A stretch of DNA of 63,876 nt, the filler included, from Squatina squatina (taxonomy: Eukaryota): NCBI GenBank assembly GCA_031763465.1. It is 4 parts of 4 records of this genome, joined end to end, with 100 filler letters (N's around TTAATTAATTAA, not from the genome) between each part and the next. Parts side by side here need not be neighbours in the genome. Positions count along the whole stretch, not along the records: positions 33,887 to 47,034 come from JARFOE010000004.1; positions 47,135 to 63,876 come from JARFOE010000005.1; 2 more parts are not named here. One strand, given 5' to 3'. This document shows positions 38,858-51,854 of the stretch, piece by piece. The notes under the pieces were generated by a model, which was not told the DNA's origin, ran no database searches, and saw nothing but the letters and a program-made list of their open reading frames with translations. The position numbers and the translations under genes were made by a program. Every line of letters starts with the position of its first letter. The first letter of the stretch is position 1.

Positions 38858-39077
38858 ATGGCAGCGGTGGACAGTTTCCAACTATTATACAGACAGATTG
38901 CCAGGACATGCAATACCTACATAGATGCATTAGCCATTGTGGGAGCGTGGTATGTGACAAGGAAAAGCATCTGCCTTGTCTGTGATTTCTACAGCATAGT
39001 CCGACTACATTTCATCCCGAGACTGGTAAGCAGGAGAGACCTGCTCAAACACTATGGCAAATGGGCCTTGGTGACTG
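38858..39077 (+). CDS. hsdl1: hydroxysteroid dehydrogenase-like 1, first coding exon
   Basis: accATGG start; [32 protein letters not shown]...[15 protein letters not shown]...YGKWALVT(G). 220 nt, donor GTATGT, upstream acceptor at 38830-38831. Confidence 0.95.
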
Positions 39078-39179
39078 GTATGTCCCTTTTCTCAGTCTTT
39101 ATGTGAATACTAGATAAATTAAAGATACATTCACACTTAACTGTAATGTTGGTGCAAAGCAACCAATGCTGCAGTTATA

Positions 39180-39495
39180 CTGTAAACACATTTGCAGCAA
39201 CACTCAATGTCGTCCAGGACAATGCAGTCCGCTCGATCAGCACCCCATCCACCAGCTTAAACATTCAACCCCTCCATTATCAGCATACCGTGGCTGCAGT
39301 GTTTACTATCTTGGTGAGACCACATCTGGAGTATTGTGTGCAGTTTTGGTCTCTTTATCTGAGGAAGGATGTTCTTGCCATGGAGGGAGTGCAGCGAAGG
39401 TTCATCAGACTGATTCCTGGATGGCAGGACTGACGTATGAGGAGAGATTGGGTCGATTAGGCCTATATTCACTAGAGTTTAGAAGAATGAGAGGG
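39180..39495 (+). mobile_element. abutting LINE fragments (Jockey/CR1-group, then CR1) in hsdl1 intron
   Basis: STPSTSLNIQPLHYQHTVAAV followed by LVRPHLEYCVQFWS...YEERLGRLGLYSLEFRRMRG. Confidence 0.85.
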
Positions 39496-40801
39496 NNNNN
39501 NNNNNNNNNNNNNNNNNNNNNNNNNNNNNNNNNNNNNNNNNNNNNNNNNNNNNNNNNNNNNNNNNNNNNNNNNNNNNNNNNNNNNNNNNNNNNNNACTGA
39601 AAGCACCTTCCTGTTAGTGCTTGCAGCATGTGAAGCTATGCACCCAGAGGATAATTTACCCTGAAGATGGCAGTTCAAACCTTGGAAATGTTATGTCCTG
39701 CTGCAGGTTGTCTTCACTCCCTGACTCATTAAAAAAAATCCAATTAAACAGCGCTTGACATCCAAGGAAGTTTCAGTATTTCAGCAAGTAGACATACTTT
39801 TGAAGATAAAATTATCTTGACTTTGATCCAAAGTGAATACATCACCTTATTTGCACCTGTTCTCTCGACACCATGGCTTTCTTGATGCTGCTGCTGCCCA
39901 CTCATGTTTCTTGCTGCTTTGTACTCTGCAGAAAATATACTGGTCCCATTCCCTACTTAGCTGTGGTCTTGTTCCCAGCTAAGCATCAGTTCTCTTCTGG
40001 CCATACACCCCATAAAATGCCGGCTGTGTTCTCTTAAATTTCTGCTCCCACAGAAAATAGTCCTATCTGCTTTCCGAATATAGTGCCCTTAACTGCTGTA
40101 GCCACACTTGAACAATAGAAGAGATGCACGTGGCTTATGAACCATGTGTTGGCCACTATTACCATAAAGGAATCACTATATAATCAGAGAGTTTATCACT
40201 TGATCCCTTATTAACACTCTCACAGCATATGATCAAGGGTATTATGGCACTATTTTGCTGTACAGTAAAATGATTGTCATGGGAACATATGTCTGGATAT
40301 ATCTGACATGATTTTACAGTACGTTGTGCACTTGTATTTGCCAGGATTGCTAATTGAGTTTCAGTTTTAGATTACACTGTACACAAAGTTTATACCACCA
40401 ATGTTTTGAACAATTTAAGGTTCCTACAAACAGAATAATACCACTGTTGTGATGTGACAAATAACCTTAATTGCCTATCACAGAAACAGCAAAGATTGAA
40501 ACACATTTCTGGAGTACTTTGACTTGTACTCTGCTTTTGTGGTACCCAGTACCATACTAAACTTTAAATAAATCATTGTACAATAAAAGTGCTGAGATGT
40601 TCATTGTATTAAGTGAAGCCACAGCCATATTTTAGTTGTGGATAGTCTCGGCATTTGAAGTGAATTTTGTGTAAAGGTTTTAGAAGCATCCATACTTGTC
40701 TGTTTGTGTGCTAATGGGTAACACTGATGATTTCAGTTAATCTCCATTGTATGGTAACTAAATTCATTTTGATAGTAACAGACTTATCATTGTTTCCTTA
40801 G

Positions 40802-41247
40802 GTGGAGCAGATGGGATTGGTAGGGCCTATGCCGAGGAGTTGGCTAGCCAAGGCATGGATCTGATTCTCATTAGCCATGACCGAAGCAAGCTGGAAGCCA
40901 CAGCTACAGCCATTAAAGAGATGTTTAATGTTGAAACCATTATAATAGAAGCTGATTTTACTAGAGGACGGGAGATTTACCTGCCAATCCAAGAAGCTCT
41001 GAAGGATAAGGAAATAGGCATTCTGGTGAACAGTGTGGATGTGCCTTATGAGCACCCACAGTTTTTCTTAAACATATCCGAGGACAAACTCTGGGATCTC
41101 ATAAATGTAAATATTGCTGCAACCAACATGATGATCCACATTGTGTTACCAGGTATGGTACGGAGGAAGAAGGGCGCTATTGTTAACATTTCCTCAGGGC
41201 TTTGCTGTAAGCCCACACCACAGATAACCGCATATTCAAGCACTAAG
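40802..41247 (+). CDS. hsdl1: HSDL1 second coding exon (Rossmann fold to YxxxK)
   Basis: Acceptor ttccttAG; [14 protein letters not shown]...[25 protein letters not shown]; donor GTAATC. 446 nt, in frame with the first exon. Confidence 0.95.
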
Positions 41248-41664
41248 GTAATCTTGAAATACTTCTGCAATTATAATATGCCCTATAACACGGAAGAGTA
41301 CATTACTTACAGGAAGCTCCAGAGTGATGTCGTAAAACTGCCATGTTAATAACCCTTTTAAAATTTTGACTATGGATGTTGTATCTAAAATTGTAAGTGT
41401 ACTCTCGATATAAGTGAATATATCGTGAGTTATAAGTCACAATCATTTAATTATATTAGGATTTTGCACAAAGAATGCTTTAAATATCATTGATGAGATA
41501 TTTAGGCTGTTCTGTGGGTCAGCATCACCCACAAGAACATTGTATGTATTTTTAATGAGGGTGAATGTTAATTGCAAATTGCCTTTCTTCCTTTTTAAAA
41601 ATGATTTTCTTTTTGTGATTGTCCTACATTGCTGCCTAGCTAAGAGAGCAGGCAATAAACCTGG

Positions 41665-42003
41665 TGCAATCTTTGGAATTCTGTACCCCAGAGAGCTGTG
41701 GATGCTCAGTTGTTGTATATTAAAGACAGAGGTTGATACATTTTTAGGAACAAAGGGACTTAAGGGTTATGGGGATAGTGCGGNNNNNNNNNNNNNNNNN
41801 NNNNNNNNNNNNNNNNNNNNNNNNNNNNNNNNNNNNNNNNNNNNNNNNNNNNNNNNNNNNNNNNNNNNNNNNNNNNNNNNNNNACAAAGGGAATTAAGGG
41901 TTATGGGGATAGTGCGGGAAGGTGGAAGATTAGACATGATCTTGTTGAATGGCGGAGCAGGCTCGAGGGGCCAAATGGCCTACTCCTGCTCCTATTTCTT
42001 ATG
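41665..42003 (+). mobile_element. CR1 3' end in hsdl1 intron
   Basis: WNS.PQRAV...KTEVDTFL, 3'UTR GAATGGCGGAGCAGGCTCGAGGGGCCAAATGGCCTACTCC. Confidence 0.85.
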
Positions 42004-42262
42004 TAAACCATCGCAACAACTTTGAGAGATGGGTGGGAGAAGACTCATCTGCTGAATTGACAGAGCTGCAAAATTAAGTTTTTCATTAAAAGTCATGATG
42101 ACCGCTCTAGAATTAGTAGAAGCATAATGATTTCCAGCAGTTTATATCTTGTCTTCCTTGGGGAAAAAATACTGCTGGCAGGTCAAAGGTTGACAAGACT
42201 CTTATAAATCATTAGGAACTATGTACTTTGCATTTTGAGATGTAATTTTGTTGTTTTTCCAG

Positions 42263-42490
42263 ACTTATTTGGACCATTTTAGCAGAGCTTTGCACTGTGA
42301 ATATGCATCCAAAGGAATTTTTGTTCAGAGCTTGTTGCCGTTTTACATAACAACCAACACAGCTACGCACAGGGATGGTCTCCATGTCTACTCTTGGCTT
42401 GCGCCATCAGCTAATGTTTATGCACGCCATGCAATTTCAACCCTTGGCGTATCCAACAGGACTCCAGGTTACTGGATGCATTCAATACAG
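42263..42490 (+). CDS. hsdl1: HSDL1 third coding exon; last exon not seen (possibly in gap 43370-43469)
   Basis: [28 protein letters not shown]...[23 protein letters not shown]; 228 nt, AG/GT bounded. Confidence 0.95.
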
Positions 42491-42550
42491 GTGATCATTG
42501 TGTAGAGTGTTGGAATTGTTGAGCTTCAAAAATGATATTAAAGTACTAAA

Positions 42551-43200
42551 GAAAGGACTTGAATTTGTATAATGCCTTTCACAACCTCAGGACATCCTAA
42601 AGCGTTCCACAGCCAATGCAGTACTTCTGAATTGTAATCAGTCACTGTTACAATGTAGGGAAACACTGCAGCCAATTTGTCCATAGCAAGACACCGCAAA
42701 TAGAAATAAGTCAAATGAACAGAATCTATTTTAGTGATGTTAGTTGATGGATAAATGTTGGCTAGGACATGAGAGAACTCCCCTGCTCTTTTTTTGAAGA
42801 GTGCCATGGGATGTTTTACATCCATCTGGGAGGCCAGACAGGACCACTGCTTAATGTCTGATCCGATAGACGGCACCTCTGACACTGCAGCACTCCCTTA
42901 GAGCACTGCAATGTCAGCCTACATTATATGCTCAAGCCTCTGGAATGAGGCTGACAACTTGACTCAGTGGTAGCACTCTCGTCTCTTGCATCGCAAAAAT
43001 GTTTACATCCAGCATGATACTGCTTTTTTGAAGGCAGTGACTCATTCTGGGGCAAAGTTCCCTTGAACTAAGCAACCCTCCATTCTTTGTGAAAATTGGT
43101 CGTACTCTCATCCCCAGGTCAGAAGGTTGTCGATCTGAGCCACACCAAGACATAAGCATATAGCTTAGATTGTACGACAGTTTAGGTAGATGTTAAAGAG
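42551..43200. mobile_element. SacSINE1-like copy (-) head-to-head with an interrupted SINE head (+)
   Basis: Reverse tail and core at 42551-42945; TGACTCAGTGGTAGCACTCTCG head at ~42960 resuming at ~43115. Confidence 0.7.
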
Positions 43201-44330
43201 AAGGCAATTCTTCCAAGGCCCTGCCCTGCCCCTCAATCACCACCATCAAAGTAAGATAGATTAATTATTTATCTCATCAAAAGAAAGAGGTCAGCTAAGA
43301 TATCACATGTCAAAGCCTTAGCAACAAGTACTACAGTTGTTGATAGTCTGAATGCTGTAACAATGGATTNNNNNNNNNNNNNNNNNNNNNNNNNNNNNNN
43401 NNNNNNNNNNNNNNNNNNNNNNNNNNNNNNNNNNNNNNNNNNNNNNNNNNNNNNNNNNNNNNNNNNNNNTTTAAATCACATACCTTTTAATTGAGAAGCT
43501 CCGTATTGCACAGCTTTAATTGTTCAGTGCTGTAAAGTAAATGTAAAGTATTCAAGTTTTACTGGATGAGTACATTCTACATGCAAAGAAAGGTGATAAA
43601 ATGTTAGATGATTTAAAAATGATGCATTCTACTCATATTTTCTTTAGGACAAAAGCTTACGATTCTATGCAAAAACATTTTCATCATCAACATTCAGTAC
43701 TACGAGAGAAACCTACACAAGTCTGGGTATGGATTAAGAATTGCTTACAATTAAAAAAAAAAATTAAATCCTTACGAGAATTATTAAGTTTAATTCTGTT
43801 CTTTGTGGCTTGATGATAAGAATATGCCTTGTTGCAGTGTTTTAAAAACTATATTAATGATATCTAAAGCTACAGTGGCCAACTATGGTGCCTAGAGTTA
43901 TTAAAGAGTTCATTTCCTGGATAGACTTATTAGAAGTAAAATTAAATCCATTTAAATGCTAACAAGCTAATATAATAGCATCAGCATCACAATACTGGTA
44001 TATCATTTGGCACACATTTGAGTTTGAAATGATAAGTTTACAGTATTTATATTTTTCATGTTTTTTTTTAAGTTCCAATTTGATGGTCTGCCTAAGATGT
44101 TTGCAGTAAATAATCAATCTGTTCTATATGCAGCTAGTCTTTATATAAATGAATGGATAAATAAGTTGAAGCTATTGCGCAGGGTGATTACAGCATGACT
44201 CTCTTCATAGTCAGAAGAAATTTGTGTAACTAAAAATACAGATTGTAGCATAGACTTTAACTGAATAGGTGGGGATAATAACTTCCTTAGCTTTCTAAAT
44301 GTATTTGCGTAGGTGTTTAATTTACAGCAG

Positions 44331-45617
44331 TCACCTGATTTGTTCTTTAGCTAGGGAAGGGTATTTCAATAATCTTTCAGTTGTTATTTGAAAGCAATAC
44401 TATACAACTCTGACTTACAGACTTACCTCTCTTGCAGCCACTTTTTGTTGTCCTGAATTTGTTTCAATTACAATCAGTGTAAAATTTCTTTTATAAAATA
44501 GTCATTTGCATACTCCATATTATAGGCAATTCATTTGGTCACTTTGGGGAGAAATTCAGCTCTGGTTGTACCTCGTTAGCACCTCCGAGGGCCGCTAACG
44601 GGGCGATACTGGACAAAATGGCGCTGGGAGGCGGTCATCTTGCCTCCTGGGGAATTCAGCTGAGGCGCAATGGCATTTACACCTGGCCCGCCAAATTCCA
44701 CGGTGGCTCGGCGCATGACATCAAAAAGCCCTTTGAGCTCCGTTTGCGTCCCGTGGGTGGAATTCACCGCGGCCGCAGTAGCAATGAAACCTGTCGCTGC
44801 AACTGCCCTCTTAAAGGGGATGGCCCGTGAGCCAGCGACCGCCATCTTTATTTGTTGGCCGACTGATGATGGCCCAATCAGGCCACCATCCCCTCGTGGC
44901 CCGGTCGCTGGTGGCCCAGTGGGATGCCGCCAGCATTGTCCCCGACCGGCCGCCCCAGTTCCTCCCGGGAGCGAGGCCGACATCGCTGCACCTCACTCCC
45001 GCCTTGGAACGGTGAATTCTGCAGGGGAGTGGGGGGAGGTAGGGGATAGAGAGGTTGGGAGCCGCTGAGATAAATGCCGGCTCTTACNNNNNNNNNNNNN
45101 NNNNNNNNNNNNNNNNNNNNNNNNNNNNNNNNNNNNNNNNNNNNNNNNNNNNNNNNNNNNNNNNNNNNNNNNNNNNNNNNNNNNNNNGACAAAAGCAGAA
45201 TTCTAGAACGCACAGATCTGGTTTGTCAAAATAGAGTGAGGTTTCCAGTGCATAAATTTCCATAGCAATGTTCAAAAGAGTTGAGCAGACCGAAGACCAG
45301 AGAGATCCCATTAAAACCAGTGTTTGGGTTCCACTGTACAATTGTGAAGTGTACTATAATGATATGAACAACATCCAAAATGTTACTAACCTTTGACCAT
45401 TAGATGATACTTGTGGAGATAACAGCGATTTGACTTCCACAATTTGAAGATTACTCATAGGAGAGGCTGAAGCAGTAGACAAAGCTGTTTCCAGGTTGGG
45501 TGACACGTTCACCGTCGTAGCCCCATTGACCCCCTGCTTAGTAGGGTTCTGGGAACTTGAAGTTACTTCTGTGGTTTTGCAAGAATCTTGTTGTCTTGGA
45601 AATATAGCCTTAAAGTT
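44331..45617 (-). CDS. 3' exons of an unidentified gene convergent on hsdl1 (45391-45617, 44427-44452, 44331-44350)
   Basis: All bounded by canonical splice sites with compatible phases (0/2, 2/1, 1/stop): NFKAIFPRQQDSCK...SNLQIVEVKSLLSPQVSSNGQ-RTTKSGCKR-AKEQIR*. Confidence 0.6.
44545..45020. mobile_element. GC-rich non-autonomous TIR element (Harbinger-like) in an intron
   Basis: GGGGAGAAATTC left end, GTGAATTC right end, CpG-rich interior. Confidence 0.55.
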
Positions 45618-46419
45618 CTGTAATAGAAAGTCATTTTATGGATCAGAATTGTGCTGGGAGTAATGGAAGTTAAATGTGTCTATCACTGTTGATAACACAA
45701 AGTTGCCTTTCACTAATGATTTCTCATATCTAAGACATTATTTGTGTAAAATAATTAATAACAAAGCACGTAACATTGTCTTAAAAGTAAGTTGGTTTCT
45801 GTAGAATCAGCTGTAAGACCTTTCAGGAGATTAATACAATTTGTTCCCATTTCCTAGCATGGTTACTACAGCAGAACAGTGGTTCTAAGACTCCTTGAAA
45901 ATAAATACAAGTCCTTGGTAAGTGTTTCACAATTAAGAATTGGATTTCTTCTCTCATCTGATATAAATTACAACTATTCCAGTTATAAATCCAGCTGGAC
46001 TTCGTTCTTCTGTCAATCAAGATTGCTGATTTTCTTTTTCTGTATTTATTGCATTTATGCAATGAACAGAGGATTAAATTGGTTTATTTTGTATAAGAAA
46101 ATGCAACAAGTAAAAGGGGACCCATTGGATTATGTTGGATGATGCTAGCTCTCACAACATACAGGAGTGCTCTAAGGGAGACTCACAATACGAATATTCA
46201 TGAGCCTTCTCCCAAGAACTTAGTTAATGATATAAACTAAAATCAAAGCTTGCCTCTAATAACTTTTCGTTTTTGTATTCCAACATCTGTCCCTTGTGTC
46301 AGGATGACCACAGCAGTTCGACAGCTCTTGTAGAGCTCTAAAATGAGCATGGAAACTTGGGAATGGCTGCAGCCATCGCAATGCACAGGACAGTCATTGG
46401 AATAGAAAGTTGTGAGAAA

Positions 46420-46820
46420 TACTGTAATCTACAAATAGAAACAAAAAGAAAGGCAAGGAGAATCAAGAGGGAATATTAAAAAAAAAACACATAAAAGGTA
46501 CCAATAGGAAAAAGAATCATTAAGGAGAGAGTGAGGTCACTCAAAAATGAGCATGGTGAAATTATAATGATAGATAAAGAAATTGAAGAATTATTTAATT
46601 AATAATTTTCTGCAGTATTTGCAGAGGAAAGTGAAGGAAGTCTTCAAAGATTTGCGGATGTGGAAATAGAAGAATAAACAATGGACATGTGCTTAATAAA
46701 GAAATAATTGTGAAGGGGCTGAGGACGCTAGAAATTCATAAGTCTCCTGGATCAGCAGATGTGTGCCCCAGTATACTGCTGGAAGTTGTGAGGAATTAGC
46801 AGAGGGCCTCACCATAATTA
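46420..46820 (+). mobile_element. highly decayed CR1 ORF2 fragment
   Basis: LFN..FSAVF and KSPGS.D..P..L motifs of the EN-RT linker. Confidence 0.55.
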
Positions 46821-47034
46821 AGTACAATACTTCCTGTGGCATTGCTCATAAATCAATATAAAAATTGTCTGTTTTCCACTGACTTTTTTTATCTGCTCTC
46901 TCTTTATATGTTTCCCACATATGTGTATGCATCTCACATGTTCCATTGAGCTAGAAAAGAAAAGCTGAAAATGTTAGAGATCTGAAACAAAATGAGGAGG
47001 CAAATTGATGCGGGGGGATTTTGCGCTCATCCAC

Positions 47035-47134
47035 NNNNNNNNNNNNNNNNNNNNNNNNNNNNNNNNNNNNNNNNNNNNTTAATTAATTAANNNNNNNNNN
47101 NNNNNNNNNNNNNNNNNNNNNNNNNNNNNNNNNN
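47035..47134. other. artificial scaffold spacer (44N-TTAATTAATTAA-44N)
   Basis: 12-mer at 47079-47090. Confidence 0.95.
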
Positions 47135-48129
47135 AATGACAGCGATACACCACACAAAACAAAGGTGAAATATCTGTTTAGACTTGTAACATTTGTCTGC
47201 AATTTAAATATGGGCCTACCATCCACTCTTAAAACCAGGATAAAACCAGAAGAAATCATTGTTGAATTCAGTGGGTCTGGGAGAACAGATTATTTATAAA
47301 TATGCTTCAAAGCAGCACAAATACAATAATTATCCTCTGTTAAGAATTTTTTTCATCCTCTCAGGGGCATCATTCAAGATTTTGTCGTCCTATTTGTGGA
47401 CAGTGTAATTTGACAATTTGAAGGGTAAAGCACTTAGGAATTGAAGACTGGGTGTAGAAAAATAATGTGTTGCAAAAAATATATTTTTTTTAAATTGTAA
47501 ATGAATTGAGGGATGTCAGGATTAGGTGAATGAGGTAGGGAAATCAAAGAGGCAGATCACACTTTAAGCTTATATCCCATCTCCCCAAGCATGGAGATGC
47601 CAGATTGACCAAGCTAATGGCGACCCATCCTAATTTGTCCTTCTCAAGTTTAGCCTCAATTTTTTTTAAAATTCTGCCTCTGAGAAATGCTTTGGGATGT
47701 TTGTGTTGGTTAAATGTACTATATAAATACAACTTGTTACTAATGTATGGTTATCCTATGAACTAAATTTAGTCCATTCTTTTCTTTCAATATAATCCCT
47801 CTCCCATTTTTAATGTCCTTTCTCTCTTCAGNNNNNNNNNNNNNNNNNNNNNNNNNNNNNNNNNNNNNNNNNNNNNNNNNNNNNNNNNNNNNNNNNNNNN
47901 NNNNNNNNNNNNNNNNNNNNNNNNNNNNNNNCCTGCCCTTTCCCCGTAGCCCCGCAGTTATTTTTCCTTCAGATACTTATCCAACTCCCTTTTGAAAGAT
48001 AAAATTGAGTTTGCCTCCACCGCCCTTTCAGGCAGTGCATTCCAGATCTTAACCACTCGCTGCATAAAAAAGTTTTTTCTTATGTCGCCTTTGGTTCTTT
48101 TGCCAATCACCTTACGTGTTCGAGATTAG

Positions 48130-48520
48130 CAGAGACAGTAAAGTCAAATAAAATCAAGTAAGGGAGAAGGACTAAGGGTGGACCTATCAACGGTACGAAC
48201 CGAGGAATTGGCAGCTGTTGGTTCGACCTGTGAGAGACATGAAGAGACTGTGCCATTGAAGAATTGAAGGAAAAAAGATTTTATTGTCTCAATGAAGAAC
48301 ATGGAGGAGATCTGGATGTGGTAGTAATTCAATCATTCTACTGTGAAGGGCACTGATGCTTGTACAGTGCAGTCATCTACTAAAAAGTGAATAGGGTTGC
48401 AAGAAAAGTGGAGGAGGTGATTGATATGAAAAGGGAACAGGGTGGGAGAGAGGATGAAGCCCAGGGAAACCCCTGCTAATAGCAAAAGAGTGAGAGGATG
48501 AGATATCAACTGCAGCACAA
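48130..48520 (-). mobile_element. old Jockey/CR1-group LINE RT fragment
   Basis: AGVSLGFILSPTLFPFHINHLL....NPIHFLVDDCT is a decayed AGVPQGS.LSPTLF...IND...NPIHS(Y/F)ADDST. Confidence 0.65.
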
Positions 48521-51500
48521 GTTAACATATTTCAAACTACTTTTCGCAACCTTGAGACTAGGAATACAGGATTAATGATCCTCTCGGACCAGGCTGATTA
48601 CCCAACTGTAATTATGTCACACTAGTAAGTACCCCAAAATAATTAGATATATATTAACAACCGAGCTTTTCTCTGCTGATGTGTGCTGTTTCCATTAACT
48701 GGTTCTCTGTGTGTAACCGCTGTTTGATATTAATATGCCATTAATATGCTGGCGTTTCAAAAGGGAAATAAGACGCAACAACTACTGTTTGAATTGTAAT
48801 TATGCTATAATTAATAACTATATGAAACATTTAATGATGATTAAGTATTAATGCATATTTGAGTAATATGNNNNNNNNNNNNNNNNNNNNNNNNNNNNNN
48901 NNNNNNNNNNNNNNNNNNNNNNNNNNNNNNNNNNNNNNNNNNNNNNNNNNNNNNNNNNNNNNNNNNNNNNGACTGCATTCATTACCAGGTGAAAGCTGTA
49001 ATACTTAAAAAAAAATGAATCCCAGACTCTGTAAATATCATTTGACACACAACTACTTCTTTATACCTAAGGTATGCTTTAATATCATTTTTTAAAATTT
49101 CCAATAAAATAATTTCATGGAGATTATTCATGCAAAGGAATTTTAGGATCTAATTTGAAGTATGTATTTGCAGTACTTCTGATCTTGTGCTGGTACAGAG
49201 CAGAGTTTGTTGGGAGTCGCACAGAGATGGATCTGTGGAGTCAGGAAACCAGATTTAAAAGCAGAACAGGAAGTTTTAAAATACCAAACAATTTTCTAAA
49301 TATGATACAGCAGTGGTTCTTAAAACTTCCAAACATTCCAAGCATAAAGTATTCATTGTTCTTCATTCACCTACTGGCAGAATTCTCAGGTTAAAAATCG
49401 TCACACACAACTATGATCCGACATAAGAAAAAAGACAGACAAAGACACAATATCCACCCAGATGTTGAACAGAATAGAATATATTCTAAGTAGATCAACA
49501 TATTATACCTATCACACATATATGGTTGACAGAATATGGACATTAACATTTATCTATATTTCTGACCATGTAAATGTTTTAATGAGTGGTTTAGACTATT
49601 GGAAGCAGTGAGTTGCATGCCAAAATAATATTATACCTAAGAAATGTATTTCTGATATCAACCTGTACAAATCCAGTGCACAATTTACAGCATGAACTTC
49701 AAATCCTAACTGGCTTACCTAGTCAGAAGAATTAGTCCGTGAGCTGGCCTGCATGAAATGCTGTGTGAAGACATGTTGGTGATTAACTCTTCTGCAGTAA
49801 TTTACTACAATCATAAAAGCCACTTTAAAAAAATGTCAGATATTGATATTGCACGTCAGAGAACACACATAATCACTACCACCTTATCAGAAAGGGTCTT
49901 ACTCATGCAAAAGTATGACTCCATGACAGGACATGAACCATGTGGAATTATATCTGAATGACTGAAAGATTGAAACATCTGCCTTTGTACATCATTTGAC
50001 AATGCTAATGATATGGTGTTAAAGAATTAACATAATTAAACCTTTTATGTAAATGTGAACAAAACTTATCATACTAATTGCAGGTGCCTTGTGCCATCTG
50101 GATAACACTGGGGAGCCATTTATGGGAACAGAGTCTTTAAACACATTGCTTTAGCCTGGTTGTATCACTGAAGCTTTCTGTCATCAAGTGCACGTTGATC
50201 CATTATAGCTTGAGAAGAGATGACAACTTGAATGTCAATTATCCAAATATTTTCTTCTGGACGCATCAAAGCACTTAGAATTAATTTTCCACAGGGCCGA
50301 GGAAACAAAATTATTTGGGAAAATCCTCTCCGAGAAAAGGGAAAGCTGCACTCTCTGGGTGGTTTCGCGTTGCCATTCATTCTGTTAAATATTGCTTCAG
50401 TGAGGGCGCCTTAATACAGGACCTGACCCATAGAACCATAGAATAGATACAGCGCAGAAGGAGGCCATTCATCCCATCATGGCTCTAAGAACAACTAGGT
50501 TCTAATCCCACCTTCCAGCACCTGGTCCGTAGNNNNNNNNNNNNNNNNNNNNNNNNNNNNNNNNNNNNNNNNNNNNNNNNNNNNNNNNNNNNNNNNNNNN
50601 NNNNNNNNNNNNNNNNNNNNNNNNNNNNNNNNTCTTTACGATGTGTTACATCCTTTCCAGTGAGTGCTCCTGAAATAATTAAAATTGAAAATAATGTAGT
50701 CCTATAGCTTTCAGCGTTACATTACAGAGCAGCTCACCACTGCTGGGAATTTAACAAATAATTTGATCTTAGTCTTCAGTAGCTGCGGGAAATGTTTTAA
50801 TTGTCCAAGGCTAATAATAGATTGTTGGAAGCTCCTACAGAACGAAACTGACTGGTTTTAAATAAGAAACTGAACTTTGTGTGCGGTGTGCCACAAGTGT
50901 GTAACCTTAAACACATAAAGCACTGCGATTAATCCCCAGAAAGTCTGCTTCACATGCATTGCCCTCCTAATGGTCAAAGGTGTGAATTGCCGAGCAAGCT
51001 GGCAATGATTCAGCAATGGCTGAATAAAATGCTTTAGCATCACATTATTGGTACCCGTACTAATGACTTATTTATGTTTTTCTATTAATATTCATTGTCC
51101 AAAGAGCTTGAAACAAGCTGTCTGAGTGGAAGTATAATGGACAAGCAGGTTGGTCATAATACTTAGGCCAATCAAATTGATAAACATGTAGAGGACATTT
51201 ATTCCACCTACATCACCTACGAGGCAGAACCTTGTATTCCAGGTACTTTAAGCAATATTAGTGGCACTCTGTACATTCTAATATGGATTTGAGATGCCAG
51301 TAAGTGATCAACCCTCCGGCAACTGGAAACTCCAAATTTAGCCAATTATGAGCAAAAGGATTTAATTAACTTAAGTAACTTTGCATATTCCAACATTTCA
51401 AAACCCTTATCCCACATGGCCGGTGAATAACATTTGAACCAAATTCTATTAACAGACACAGAATTAACGCAATATATTTAATACCATTTTTCCATATGCT

Positions 51501-51854
51501 GGACAGAATGTCCAATGCTCAGTGTATGTGTAATTCCTGCTGATATTTTCTATTGTTGCTGATTAACCGACTATGGAAAGTGTACTTGTTGTGTTCCAAT
51601 AGGATATTCCTGTGTTACAAATTCAGGTTTGCAGCAGATATTTACTCGGTTTCAGTCGCTTCCTCGGGTTGCCTGCTTATTATGGAAGTTCACTCCCGCT
51701 GCCCTATATCTACCAGCATTCGAGCAGGACCCGGGAGAGTAACAACAAGACTTCCTTGTGCTCTGGACCAGGTCTCCAGGTCCTGCGCGCAAGTACTGCT
51801 TCTAATTTCTCCAAAGGCAGACTGAGATAACTGAACCAGGACACACGAAGCGAG

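Noticed and set aside
44576-45068. GC-rich ORFs of 130+ aa (also 7725-8058 and 37008-37496)
   Set aside because: Open on both strands because of GC content within MITE-like repeats; no recognisable domains.
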